Shown here one piece after another: positions 1-7,683 of a stretch of DNA of 32,000 nt (the first letter of the stretch is position 1; every line of letters starts with the position of its first letter). Origin of the DNA: Candidatus Midichloria mitochondrii IricVA (GTDB taxonomy: Bacteria > Pseudomonadota > Alphaproteobacteria > Rickettsiales > Midichloriaceae); contig NC_015722.1 in the NCBI RefSeq assembly GCF_000219355.1, forward strand, positions 810,001 to 842,000, written 5' to 3'. The position numbers and the translations under genes were made by a program. Under the pieces are notes generated by a model, which was not told the DNA's origin, made no database searches, and was given only the letters and a program-made list of their open reading frames with translations.

Positions 1-1699
1 TGCTACAGTCTGCACCACCGAACTTCGATCTCCAGAAAGCAAGTGAATTTCGTAACCATTTTTTCGTAGCTCTTCTATAACTTCCAGCGCTTCTTTGCGT
101 ATACTATCTTCAAAAATCACACGAGTTAAACGATTTTTTATACTTAAACCAAGCCTCAAGATGGTTATATTATTATCAATCGAACTTTCCACCCCACACC
201 AAGCTCTGCTGACTATTCTTACTTCTTCTCCATTTACTATCGCACTTAATCCCATGCCCTTTTGTTCTTCTACCTCCATTGGTAGAATCGCAATATCTTG
301 AGTCACTCCAGCGATTGTTGGAATAGCAAGGCCTAAAGCGCATGGACAAGTAACGATTAGAACCGCTATAGCATATAGAAGTGATTTTGTAATTGGCACG
401 GCTAAAATAAAATACCAAATAAAAAAGGTGAAAGCTGACACCGTAAACACTACAGGTGTATAAAAAGAAGCAACCCTATCTGCAACGTTAATATACTGAG
501 ATTTAACTTGTTTAGCATTTTCTACTAATTTTATAATTTCATTTAGGGTTGTGTTATCACCTGCTTTAGTAATCTTAATTTTTAAAACACTGGATATATT
601 AATGCTACCTGCAAAAACATTGCTGCCTGCTCGCACCTTAACCGGCATGGTTTCGCCATTTATTATACTATTATCAACCTCGCTTTCACCTTCAACAACT
701 ACTCCATCAATTGGAATTCTTTCTCCAAGCGTAACCAAGGCTATTTGTCCAGGCAAAGCTTTTTTTATACCGATTAATTTATACTTATTATCTTCGATTA
801 TAGTAACAGAAGTTGGTTGACTTAAAATAAGATCGCAGGCCTCAGCATTTGCTTGATTCCTCACTTTTAAATCCAAATATCTCCCTATTAATAAAATAAA
901 TATAAGACTAATTGCCGCATCATAGTAGGTATAATCGCTATGATAAAGCGTTTCTTGAATACTAATTAATACTGCAGTTATTGTGCCAACAGAAATTGGG
1001 ACATCCATATTACTGCGCTTATTCTTTATCGCAGTAATCGCCGACCTAAAAATGGCAAGCCAGAATATATAACAGCAGGTATAGTAATAATTGCAATCAA
1101 TAGATGAAGTAATAACCTTGCATATTCGCCTATAGACGACTGTAAATTTCCAGCCCAAATTGCTCCTGATAACATCATCACTTGCGCTGAAGCTGCCCCA
1201 GAGACTGTAAGACGTTTTAACAAATCTTTTTGCTGTTCCGATAAATCTTGCAAGCATCTGATCAGCCGCAAATGGGGTAGCCTTATATCCAAGCTTTTCT
1301 ATTACTGGAATTAGATCTGAAATTAATTCTTTATCACCAACCCATCCAAGGGCTAATCGATTAGTTGATAAATTAACCCTAGCGTTAGTAACTTCTTGCT
1401 GTTTTTTTAGGGTATTTTCAATCAACCAGACGCAAGCTCCACAATGTATACCCTCTACCAGTAATGTTATTTTTGCTTCATTTCCCTTAGTTTCTACATA
1501 TTCTAGATAGTCTAAATTATTTTCTATTTGATTCACTTTCATAGGATTTTTTACCGTAGATATTTCTGCAATAATCATAATATTTATCTAGTTTCAGTTT
1601 ATTGATAAAGGAATACGCAGCGCTGCATCCAAAGCAACAGAAAGCACTAGATTCTTGAGTAGGCAGTGCTGTTTTACAGTGAAGGCAGTACTTTTCCAT
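1..1699 (-). pseudogene. ccoI: FixI/CcoI-type Cu-translocating P1B-ATPase, disrupted by about 3 frameshifts and loss of the DKTGT phosphorylation segment; 3' end runs off the window
   Basis: The ORF at 1699-1517 (MEKYCLHCKTALP..FCCFGCSAAY..YY) is the Cys-rich FixI/CcoI N-domain. The HMA domain (ITLLVEGIHCGACVWLIENTLK..NLSTNRLAL) follows in another frame. The TM region (LLKRLTVSGAASAQVMMLSGAIWAG, ORF 1292-1026) is in a third frame. An unlisted open frame from 1008 to 1 then reads MDVPISVG..GETMPV..CPCALGLAIPT, with the CPC codons near 340-348. It jumps directly to VEEQKGMGLSAIVNGEEVRIVSRAWCG..LLSGD, with no DKTGT in between. Confidence 0.8.
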
Positions 1700-3086
1700 A
1701 ATCTTGAAGAAAACAATTTTTTGAATCTAAGCCGCAAATAATCTTTTCTAAGCCTTCGGCTAAATTATTTCTATTAGTTTTAGCTTCACTATAAGAATTA
1801 TTAACAACTGCTACAATGCTATAGATAGGTACACTATTACAATCCATTATATAACCCGCAACTGCATTAACTCCATCTATAAAACCTGTTTTAACTAAAA
1901 TTCTCTCTGGAGGTAATTGATTAAACTTAAAAGCTCTTGGTACCATAAAATCCTTAAGTATAAATTTGTCATCCAACTCAATCCTGCAATTTTGATTCAT
2001 TGGAGCGGTACTATACAAAGAAAAGCGGTAGTTTGTTAGGGCTAACTTGCTCAATAGTAGAGAAAATGAATTAATATTTATTAAATTTTTTCGAGAAAGC
2101 CCACTTCCATCCGCAATATTTATGTCATTTTCTAAAGTATGTATTTGCCGCTGTAAAAATGAATTCATTACTCGGAGGCCATTTTTCCAAGACCCTTCAT
2201 CATATACAGCGCCTATTTTTTTTACTATCACCTCTGATAATAAATTATCTGACCTAGTTAATACTTCTTTTGCTATCGCCCAGAGCGGTCTCGATTTTAT
2301 CGAGAAGAGGCAGTGCTCTGCTTTAGCCGGAGAATTACTTACTATTAGCTTTCTGTATCTAATACCTAGCTTTTGAAAATTCTTCTCTAAAAGCTGTCTT
2401 ACAAGCAAAATAGGCTCTCGCACGGCTATCTTAAATTCAGTTTTATTTTTAATATTACAAGATCCAGTTAACAAATATTTATTACCACCCTTATACTCAA
2501 GATCTAGGTCACAATCCTCCAGATGATACTTGGCCTTTGAATTAATTTTTATAAAATCATTCAAGCTGCTAGCAATAAGTTCCTCTCCCTTCCTTTTTAT
2601 AGAGATAGCGCTACAATTTTTATTAATTATTACAGCTGAAAATGGAGCAGCATAACACATATTTTGATTCTCAATAGTCCAACCATGTGGATAAGGTTTG
2701 TTATCAAATTCTGAGATATCTAATATAATGTTTCCCTGAATTTCATTGATATCAAGACCTTTTAGTTTTTGAGAAATGTACAACATAGTACTCTCCCTTA
2801 GATCTGGATTGCCATCAAATTTTATGTAAAGATTTCCAAGCAATTTACCGCCCTTAGTGGTTCCATCTGTTAAAATTTTAGTATCAAACTGAAAATCACT
2901 GCCCAAAATACTTAATCCTGAAAACACAGTAAATATTTTCTGGCTACTAGCAAACATTAAATGGTGGGTACCTCTTGGGTAAGTGGTAATCTCTCCGCTT
3001 CTTAAATCCATAACTTGAGCATAAAATGTAGCTAGAGATTCTTTATAAAAAGAGAATATTAGTAAAGGAATAAAAATTCTATACAT
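1674..3086 (-). CDS. dacB: D-alanyl-D-alanine carboxypeptidase/endopeptidase, PBP4 family (peptidase S13)
   Basis: 470-aa ORF with a hydrophobic signal-like N-terminus. The three penicillin-binding motifs occur in order: SxxK (ASSQK), SxN (RSDN) and KTG (VKTGF). Confidence 0.85.
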   Translation of the reverse strand: MYRIFIPLLIFSFYKESLATFYAQVMDLRSGEITTYPRGTHHLMFASSQKIFTVFSGLSILGSDFQFDTKILTDGTTKGGKLLGNLYIKFDGNPDLRESTMLYISQKLKGLDINEIQGNIILDISEFDNKPYPHGWTIENQNMCYAAPFSAVIINKNCSAISIKRKGEELIASSLNDFIKINSKAKYHLEDCDLDLEYKGGNKYLLTGSCNIKNKTEFKIAVREPILLVRQLLEKNFQKLGIRYRKLIVSNSPAKAEHCLFSIKSRPLWAIAKEVLTRSDNLLSEVIVKKIGAVYDEGSWKNGLRVMNSFLQRQIHTLENDINIADGSGLSRKNLININSFSLLLSKLALTNYRFSLYSTAPMNQNCRIELDDKFILKDFMVPRAFKFNQLPPERILVKTGFIDGVNAVAGYIMDCNSVPIYSIVAVVNNSYSEAKTNRNNLAEGLEKIICGLDSKNCFLQDYGKVLPSL

Positions 3087-3104
3087 ATAAAGTTAATTGA
3101 TAGA

Positions 3105-3180
3105 TGGTGCCGTCGAAGGGGATCGAACCCCCGACCTACGCGTTACGAATGCGCCGCTCTGCCTACTGAGCTACGACGGC
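3105..3180 (-). tRNA. tRNA-Thr (anticodon CGU), CCA encoded
   Basis: The reverse complement gccgtcgtagctcagtaggcagagcggcgcattcgtaacgcgtaggtcgggggttcgatccccttcgacggcacca folds as a 76-nt cloverleaf. The anticodon loop is ttCGTaa. It closely resembles E. coli tRNA-Thr(CGU) as I recall it. Confidence 0.9.
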
Positions 3181-3234
3181 TTAATACATTAATTATCACT
3201 TCGATCTTGGAAAATCTTTCTATTTTTCGCAAAA

Positions 3235-3588
3235 TTAATTACAAATTACAGAACATTTGTCACTCTTTACATTCTCTAACAACTTTTTAGAATGGTGTGG
3301 CAAGTATTCTACTTTGACCTTAGCAAGTCCTATACATTTAAACCCTAGGCTTTCAGCAGCTTGTTCAGGTACATCTAAAATTCTGTCTTTTGGTACAGGC
3401 CTCCCGTCATTCACTATCAAAACGGTTTGTTTACCATTTTGTAAATTTGTTACTCTAATCAAACTCCCAAAGGACAAGCTTTCTATGGGCTGCGGAATAT
3501 AAATTTTTATTAGAAATAGTCCCACTTGCGGTCAAACGGCCATGAAAAGACGTCCCATACCATGAAGCTTTTCCAACCGCAATATACT
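3235..3588 (-). pseudogene. rlpA: RlpA-like (DPBB domain) lytic transglycosylase remnant, N-terminally truncated and frameshifted
   Basis: One minus-strand frame gives GKASWYGTSFHGRLTASGTISNKNLYSAAHRKL near 3570-3475. It continues in a second frame (ORF 3525-3235) as SFGSLIRVTNLQNGKQTVLIVNDGRPVPKDRILDVPEQAAESLGF. Together these form the RlpA double-psi beta-barrel signature (ASWYG..FHG..TASGE..TAAH..LPFGS.V.VTN..NG). The first frame opens only 3 codons after a TAG next to the fdxA stop, so no signal or lipobox region remains. Confidence 0.6.
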
Positions 3589-3591
3589 AAT

Positions 3592-3924
3592 CTATTCATC
3601 ATTTTCAGCAAAATATTTCTCAAATTTATTTTTTTCATTTAAATGTTCGTTTGCACCAGCTGGCGGATCTTTCTTTTTAGTAATTACAGGTGATATTTTA
3701 GAATATTTTGCATTAATTTCGCTCCACTTCAATCCTTCTCCAGATTTTGGCTCCGGAATAATGGCTTCTGCAGGACATTCTGGCTCACAAACCCCGCAAT
3801 CTATACACTCTGTTGGATTAATAAATAGCATATTCTTTCCTTCATAGAAGCAGTCTACCGGACAAACTTCAACACAATCAGTATACTTACACTTAATGCA
3901 ATTTTCTGTAACTACGTATGTCAT
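3592..3924 (-). CDS. fdxA: 7Fe ferredoxin (3Fe-4S plus 4Fe-4S)
   Basis: The N-terminus [29 protein letters not shown] and the second cluster [16 protein letters not shown] are the classic FdxA pattern. Confidence 0.92.
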   Translation of the reverse strand: MTYVVTENCIKCKYTDCVEVCPVDCFYEGKNMLFINPTECIDCGVCEPECPAEAIIPEPKSGEGLKWSEINAKYSKISPVITKKKDPPAGANEHLNEKNKFEKYFAENDE

Positions 3925-4074
3925 TATTTTGTCCTTAATTTTTTAAATTTAAATATACAAACAGTTTATTCTTGATTTTATCTAAGAGACCATATATTGT
4001 CTTGCCCTGCAGACACTTATATATTGGATAAGCTGTTTTTACAATAATTTCTTTTGGTTCTCTTAGAACCAATT

Positions 4075-4159
4075 GCGGGTGTGGCGGAATTGGCAGACGT
4101 ACTAGACTTAGAATCTAGCGCCGCAAGGCTTGTGGGTTCAAGTCCCACCATCCGCACCA
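4075..4159 (+). tRNA. tRNA-Leu (anticodon UAG), long variable arm, CCA encoded
   Basis: gcgggtgtggcggaattggcagacgtactagacttagaatctagcgccgcaaggcttgtgggttcaagtcccaccatccgcacca. The anticodon stem-loop is ctaga-ctTAGaa-tctag. It has a class II variable arm, and the acceptor stem pairs with one G-U. Confidence 0.9.
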
Positions 4160-4175
4160 AAATTCATAATTACTT

Positions 4176-4622
4176 ATGGCAAAGATACTTATACTAGAAT
4201 CAATACAAAATGAATATTTAGCAAGCAAAGTGTTAAGCACTGTTAACGACATTTTAGAAGAAAATAAATTTACCATAGATACTATTTCTGTTAACGAGCC
4301 ATTCAGCTTGTTATGCTCAGCAAGCACTAGCCTGGAATTGCACGATTATGATGGAGTAATTATCTTAGGAACTGTCTTCAAGGATACACCCCTAGAAAAT
4401 AAACTGATCTATCAAGAAATTCTTAGATGCTTTTGTGATTTGAGTGTGCATTACGCCCTGCCAGTGGGTTTTGGTATGGTTTTAGCAACTGACAAAGGAG
4501 CAGCATTTTCATCAATCGAAAAAAAAGCAAGAACCGCAGCTCACTCATGCGTAGATCTAATAAAGCTCAAAAATCAATTCGGATTAATAGAAAATGAATC
4601 ATTTGCAAGATACAACAATTAA
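4176..4622 (+). CDS. ribH: 6,7-dimethyl-8-ribityllumazine synthase-like protein (divergent RibH fold)
   Basis: 148 aa, located immediately upstream of and overlapping nusB, which is the conserved ribH-nusB arrangement. Fold landmarks are retained: YDGVIILGTV and LPVGFGMVLATD. The canonical active-site motifs are substituted (see findings). Confidence 0.7.
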   Translation: MAKILILESIQNEYLASKVLSTVNDILEENKFTIDTISVNEPFSLLCSASTSLELHDYDGVIILGTVFKDTPLENKLIYQEILRCFCDLSVHYALPVGFGMVLATDKGAAFSSIEKKARTAAHSCVDLIKLKNQFGLIENESFARYNN

Positions 4623-5070
4623 AAGTCCCTCCCCACCTTTCGCCGGCAAAAGGCGAGCACGAGTACTGGCGGTGCAGTGCTTATATAATATTGCCTTAAC
4701 TCCTGAAAACGTAAAGCCTGCAAACCACATTATAGCTGACATTTTGGCTTATGGAGCAAATGCTAGCGAAGAGCTTGATCAGCAATACTTCTTAAGTCTG
4801 ATTAAAAGCGCTTATAGTAATATCTCTTCTTTACACAAAAATTTACAAAAATATTTAGCCAATGGCTGGAAAGTAGGTAGACTGCCAGAACCAATACAAG
4901 CTATACTTGTTCTTGCAGCTTACGAGCTCATCTACAATTTTGAAGTACCAGTCCGTATCCTAATTAATGAGTATATTGAAATCACTAAAATTTTTAATCA
5001 TCCGGGAGAAGCCGGATTTGTTAACAGTATCTTAGACAAAATATCTAAAGAGTTTTCACGCGAACAGTAA
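4594..5070 (+). CDS. nusB: transcription antitermination factor NusB
   Basis: 158 aa. It has the RRARVLAVQCLY N-terminal motif and NusB-like helical repeats, and sits in the expected position after ribH. Confidence 0.88.
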   Translation: MNHLQDTTIKSPSPPFAGKRRARVLAVQCLYNIALTPENVKPANHIIADILAYGANASEELDQQYFLSLIKSAYSNISSLHKNLQKYLANGWKVGRLPEPIQAILVLAAYELIYNFEVPVRILINEYIEITKIFNHPGEAGFVNSILDKISKEFSREQ

Positions 5071-5072
5071 TT

Positions 5073-5204
5073 ATGGAAGTCTTACTATACCTCATACACT
5101 TAGCACTCTTAATTGCAGGTTTGGGCATATATGGTGTATTTTGGTCAATAAAAAATAACCAATTTGATGACACAAAAGGCGCTTCCACTCGAATTCTTTA
5201 TTGA
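5073..5204 (+). CDS. ccoS: cbb3-type cytochrome oxidase maturation protein CcoS/FixS (43 codons; not in the ORF track)
   Basis: The ATG at 5073 lies 2 nt after the nusB stop. The product is MEVLLYLIHLALLIAGLGIYGVFWSIKNNQFDDTKGASTRILY*. This matches the CcoS pattern: a single TM helix, then W..(K/R)sGQ(F/Y)DD..G...RIL. Confidence 0.75.
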   Translation: MEVLLYLIHLALLIAGLGIYGVFWSIKNNQFDDTKGASTRILY

Positions 5205-5236
5205 TCATGATGATAATAATTTAAGGTCTGACGACT

Positions 5237-5688
5237 CTTGATTGCTCAGTGTTTTTGCTTATATACCACCGATCTCCGAATAGAAGGCCTGTCAAATATT
5301 GAGTCAGTTTTTTCGACAACGGCTCGATCATCTGTATTACTGGGGTCAGTGTGAATGACATAATCTCTCCTTGATCATTGAGAACCACTTAAAGCCAAAG
5401 AAACCATCCGGGTCGACGTTTTCCCACGCTGAGCGGTGCCTTTAAAGATCTTATTACGCTAATACGTAAAAGTTATGACAAAACTGCTTCTTGCAGGGCA
5501 TAGATTGATTGAAACAGCCATCAGACAATTGAAAGAGATTTGCCAAATCCAGCACACACAAGACACCGCTCACCAAATAATTTCTTGGCAGACCTCTTCT
5601 CAGGGCTCTTGGGCTTATGTCTTCAAACCCAATATATCTCATGGAAAAATAGGCTCACGGGCCCTACTCCTTACGTCAAACTGAGGTT
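5237..5688. mobile_element. Scrambled IS982-family-like transposase remnant: mid-gene segment on the minus strand fused to the C-terminal/right-end segment on the plus strand
   Basis: 5237-5482 matches 31700-31935 in the same orientation. On the minus strand it encodes ..GFFGFK..NDQGEIMSFTLT.GNTDDRAVVEKLTQYLTGLLFGDR.YISK. 5483-5688 is the reverse complement of 31467-31680 and of 7478-7683. On the plus strand it encodes LLLAG.RLIETAI.QLKEICQI.HTRHRSPNNFLADLFSGLL. It has frameshifts and stops throughout. The common terminus is ..ACGTCAAACTGAGGTT at 5688. Confidence 0.75.
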
Positions 5689-5865
5689 AATTAGAGAGAT
5701 AAGTAAGTCCTTATTTTCCTCAACACCAGAGATCTTTTTGAAAGCTAAATCCACTCTGGGAGTAATCTTTTCCATTTTACAACTGCTACTATTTAAGTTT
5801 GTTTATTATATCATATATGTGAAAATCTATACGCACGGCCAGGCAATTAATTTGGATATAATAAC

Positions 5866-6627
5866 TTAGTTAAAGTTAATCTTTAAGCCATCGAATGCGG
5901 GGATCATATTTTGTGGCAATATTTTTCTAATTTCTTCATATTCTATATCATGTGCCATATGGGTTAGAATGGTCAATTCTGGCTTAATCTTATCACTCCA
6001 GCTTATGGTCCTCTCAAGATATGAGTGGGTTGGTGTCCAAGCGTAGCGTAAACAATCAACTATCCAAATTTTAATGCCGGTCAGCGCTTCAACTGCTTTA
6101 GTGGATAAATCATTTAGGTCAGTTGAATACGCAAGCTCTCCAAATCTAAAGCCTGTTGAAACAATTTTGCCATGGACTTGCGGGAAGGAAATTATATTGA
6201 TATCGCCCACTTGAAAACCCTTGTCATACTCTAAGACATTAGCTCGTAGTCTAGCTAGATATAGGGGCGATGTCTGTTTAAATATGTAAGGGAATCTTTG
6301 GAGTAAGGTGCTATAAGTAGATTGGTTTAAAAAAGTTGGAATTGTGTGGCCGTTTCTTGCAAAACTTTTTGTATCGTCGATTCCGCAAATGTGATCACCG
6401 TGGTCATGAGTATATAATATGGCATCTAAGTGTTTTATACCATGTGCTAAAGCTTGTTGCCTAAAGTCGGGCGAGGTATCGACCAATATGGAGGTAGTTT
6501 TTGATTGTATATGGATCGATGAGCGTAATCTTTTATTTTTTGGATTAGAAGAAACGCAAGTAAAACAATCACACCCTATTTCTGGTACACCAGAAGAGCC
6601 GCCACAGCCAAGGATCGTACAAATCAT
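5866..6627 (-). CDS. MBL-fold metallo-hydrolase (PhnP/GPMB-like)
   Basis: 253 aa with the N-terminus ILGCGGSSGVP and the metallo-beta-lactamase motif HDHGDH. Confidence 0.8.
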   Translation of the reverse strand: MICTILGCGGSSGVPEIGCDCFTCVSSNPKNKRLRSSIHIQSKTTSILVDTSPDFRQQALAHGIKHLDAILYTHDHGDHICGIDDTKSFARNGHTIPTFLNQSTYSTLLQRFPYIFKQTSPLYLARLRANVLEYDKGFQVGDINIISFPQVHGKIVSTGFRFGELAYSTDLNDLSTKAVEALTGIKIWIVDCLRYAWTPTHSYLERTISWSDKIKPELTILTHMAHDIEYEEIRKILPQNMIPAFDGLKINFN

Positions 6628-7032
6628 ATTTCTTTTTTTAAAGCCCAGTAGTTTTATAAAGCATATTATAGCACCAGAGCCAATAAATCATCAAAATTAT
6701 GAATATAAGCCGGAGGCTCGTAAGTAGGAATTTCTTCACATAGAGTGAAATTTGTACTAGGTAATAAGGTCCTCCCTCCCCCAGAATTTAAGGCTATTAT
6801 TCCTAGTGTATCCAAATCCCCAGTGCTTTAACTAAATCTTTTGCAAATGCTTCATGATAATGGTAGTTACAGTAGTAAGAGCTGTAGCTGCCATTACAAA
6901 ACTGGATAAAGATAAGTAAGTTAATGAAGCTTCTAATGGTGGTTGTTTTAAAAAAAGTGCATGAGACTGCGGTAAGTGCGCTAATACTTCCTTTCCTTGT
7001 GACATATAATCAAAATCTCTAGTACATTGAGC

Positions 7033-7308
7033 TTAGTTAGAGTGCTCTTCGTTTAGTAGGTCCTTGCTACAATAATCTAATAATCTCTTAAATATTTTAC
7101 TATCTCCTGATATTGCTCCTAATTGAAGCAAATTAAAGTTTACTATAGGGAGCGCATCGCACCGTGGTCCATGTTTTGTGATCACCGTGTTTAGGGTCTC
7201 TATATCATGATTGATAATTGCATTTACTGTTTGGACTTCATAATCATGGTCGAGAATAGACCCGATTCTTAAAATCTTATTAGTATATTCTTCTAGAGTC
7301 ACATCCAT
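7033..7308 (-). CDS. hypothetical protein (weak ankyrin-like helical repeat resemblance)
   Basis: 91-aa ORF with no recognisable catalytic motif. The segment NLLQLGAISGDSKIFKRLLDY loosely resembles an ankyrin repeat core. Coding status is uncertain. Confidence 0.3.
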   Translation of the reverse strand: MDVTLEEYTNKILRIGSILDHDYEVQTVNAIINHDIETLNTVITKHGPRCDALPIVNFNLLQLGAISGDSKIFKRLLDYCSKDLLNEEHSN

Positions 7309-7477
7309 ATTTTTTACATATTGTATGCTTAAGCGGCCTTGATATAATAAGCTTGCTTGAATATGGATGATATCACCAAACTCTTCCTGTATTTCCCTTA
7401 TTAGGGACAGTAAATGTACATAAATAGAGTAATAATGACAACTGGTGGCAAGTCAGGTATCCAGCACAAAATAATAT

Positions 7478-7683
7478 AACCTCAGTTTGACGTAAGGAGT
7501 AGGCCTGTGAGCCTATTTTTCCATGATATATATTGGGTTTGAAGACATAAGCCAAGAACCCTGAGAAAGAGGTCTGCCAAGAAATTGTTCGGCGAGCAAT
7601 GCCGTGGTGTGCTGGATTTGGCAAATCTCTTTCAATTGTCTGATGGCTGTTTCAATCAATCCACGCCCTGCAAGAAGCAGTTG
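7478..7683 (-). mobile_element. Solo right-end fragment (about 206 bp) of the same IS982-family-like element
   Basis: Roughly nine-tenths identical by eye to 31467-31680 (same orientation) and to the reverse complement of 5483-5688. It starts at the shared terminus AACCTCAGTTTGACG. It ends within 2-3 nt of the internal breakpoint seen in the other two copies. Confidence 0.8.

Noticed and set aside
95-820. Tracked plus-strand ORFs at 95-301 and 551-820, and the minus-strand ORF at 176-418
   Set aside because: They lie antisense to, or out of frame with, the clearly recognisable P-type ATPase reading frame (1008 to 1, minus strand). They have low-complexity composition and no motifs.
2047-2376. 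Tracked ORFs nested inside strong genes. These are 2047-2376, 3257-3502, 6419-6727, 9643-9876, 12157-12357, 12660-12935, 13597-13818, 14111-14338, 14406-14786, 14941-15273, 15715-16008, 22945-23136, 23428-23640, 24307-24528, 25508-25699 and 28334-28537.
   Set aside because: Each one overlaps, on the opposite strand or in another frame, a gene with unambiguous conserved motifs. Such shadow ORFs are expected in AT-rich DNA, and none shows a recognisable motif.
4054-4072. Perfect 7-bp palindrome TTGGTTC-tctta-GAACCAA two nt upstream of tRNA-Leu, plus a possible TTGTCT-17-TATATT promoter at 3997-4025
   Set aside because: It could be an operator or a processing signal in the divergent fdxA/tRNA-Leu region. 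A single short palindrome in AT-rich DNA is not enough evidence to report as a feature.
4115-4327. 70-aa minus-strand ORF overlapping tRNA-Leu and the ribH start
   Set aside because: It runs through a well-folded tRNA gene and the start of ribH, and its sequence is uninformative.
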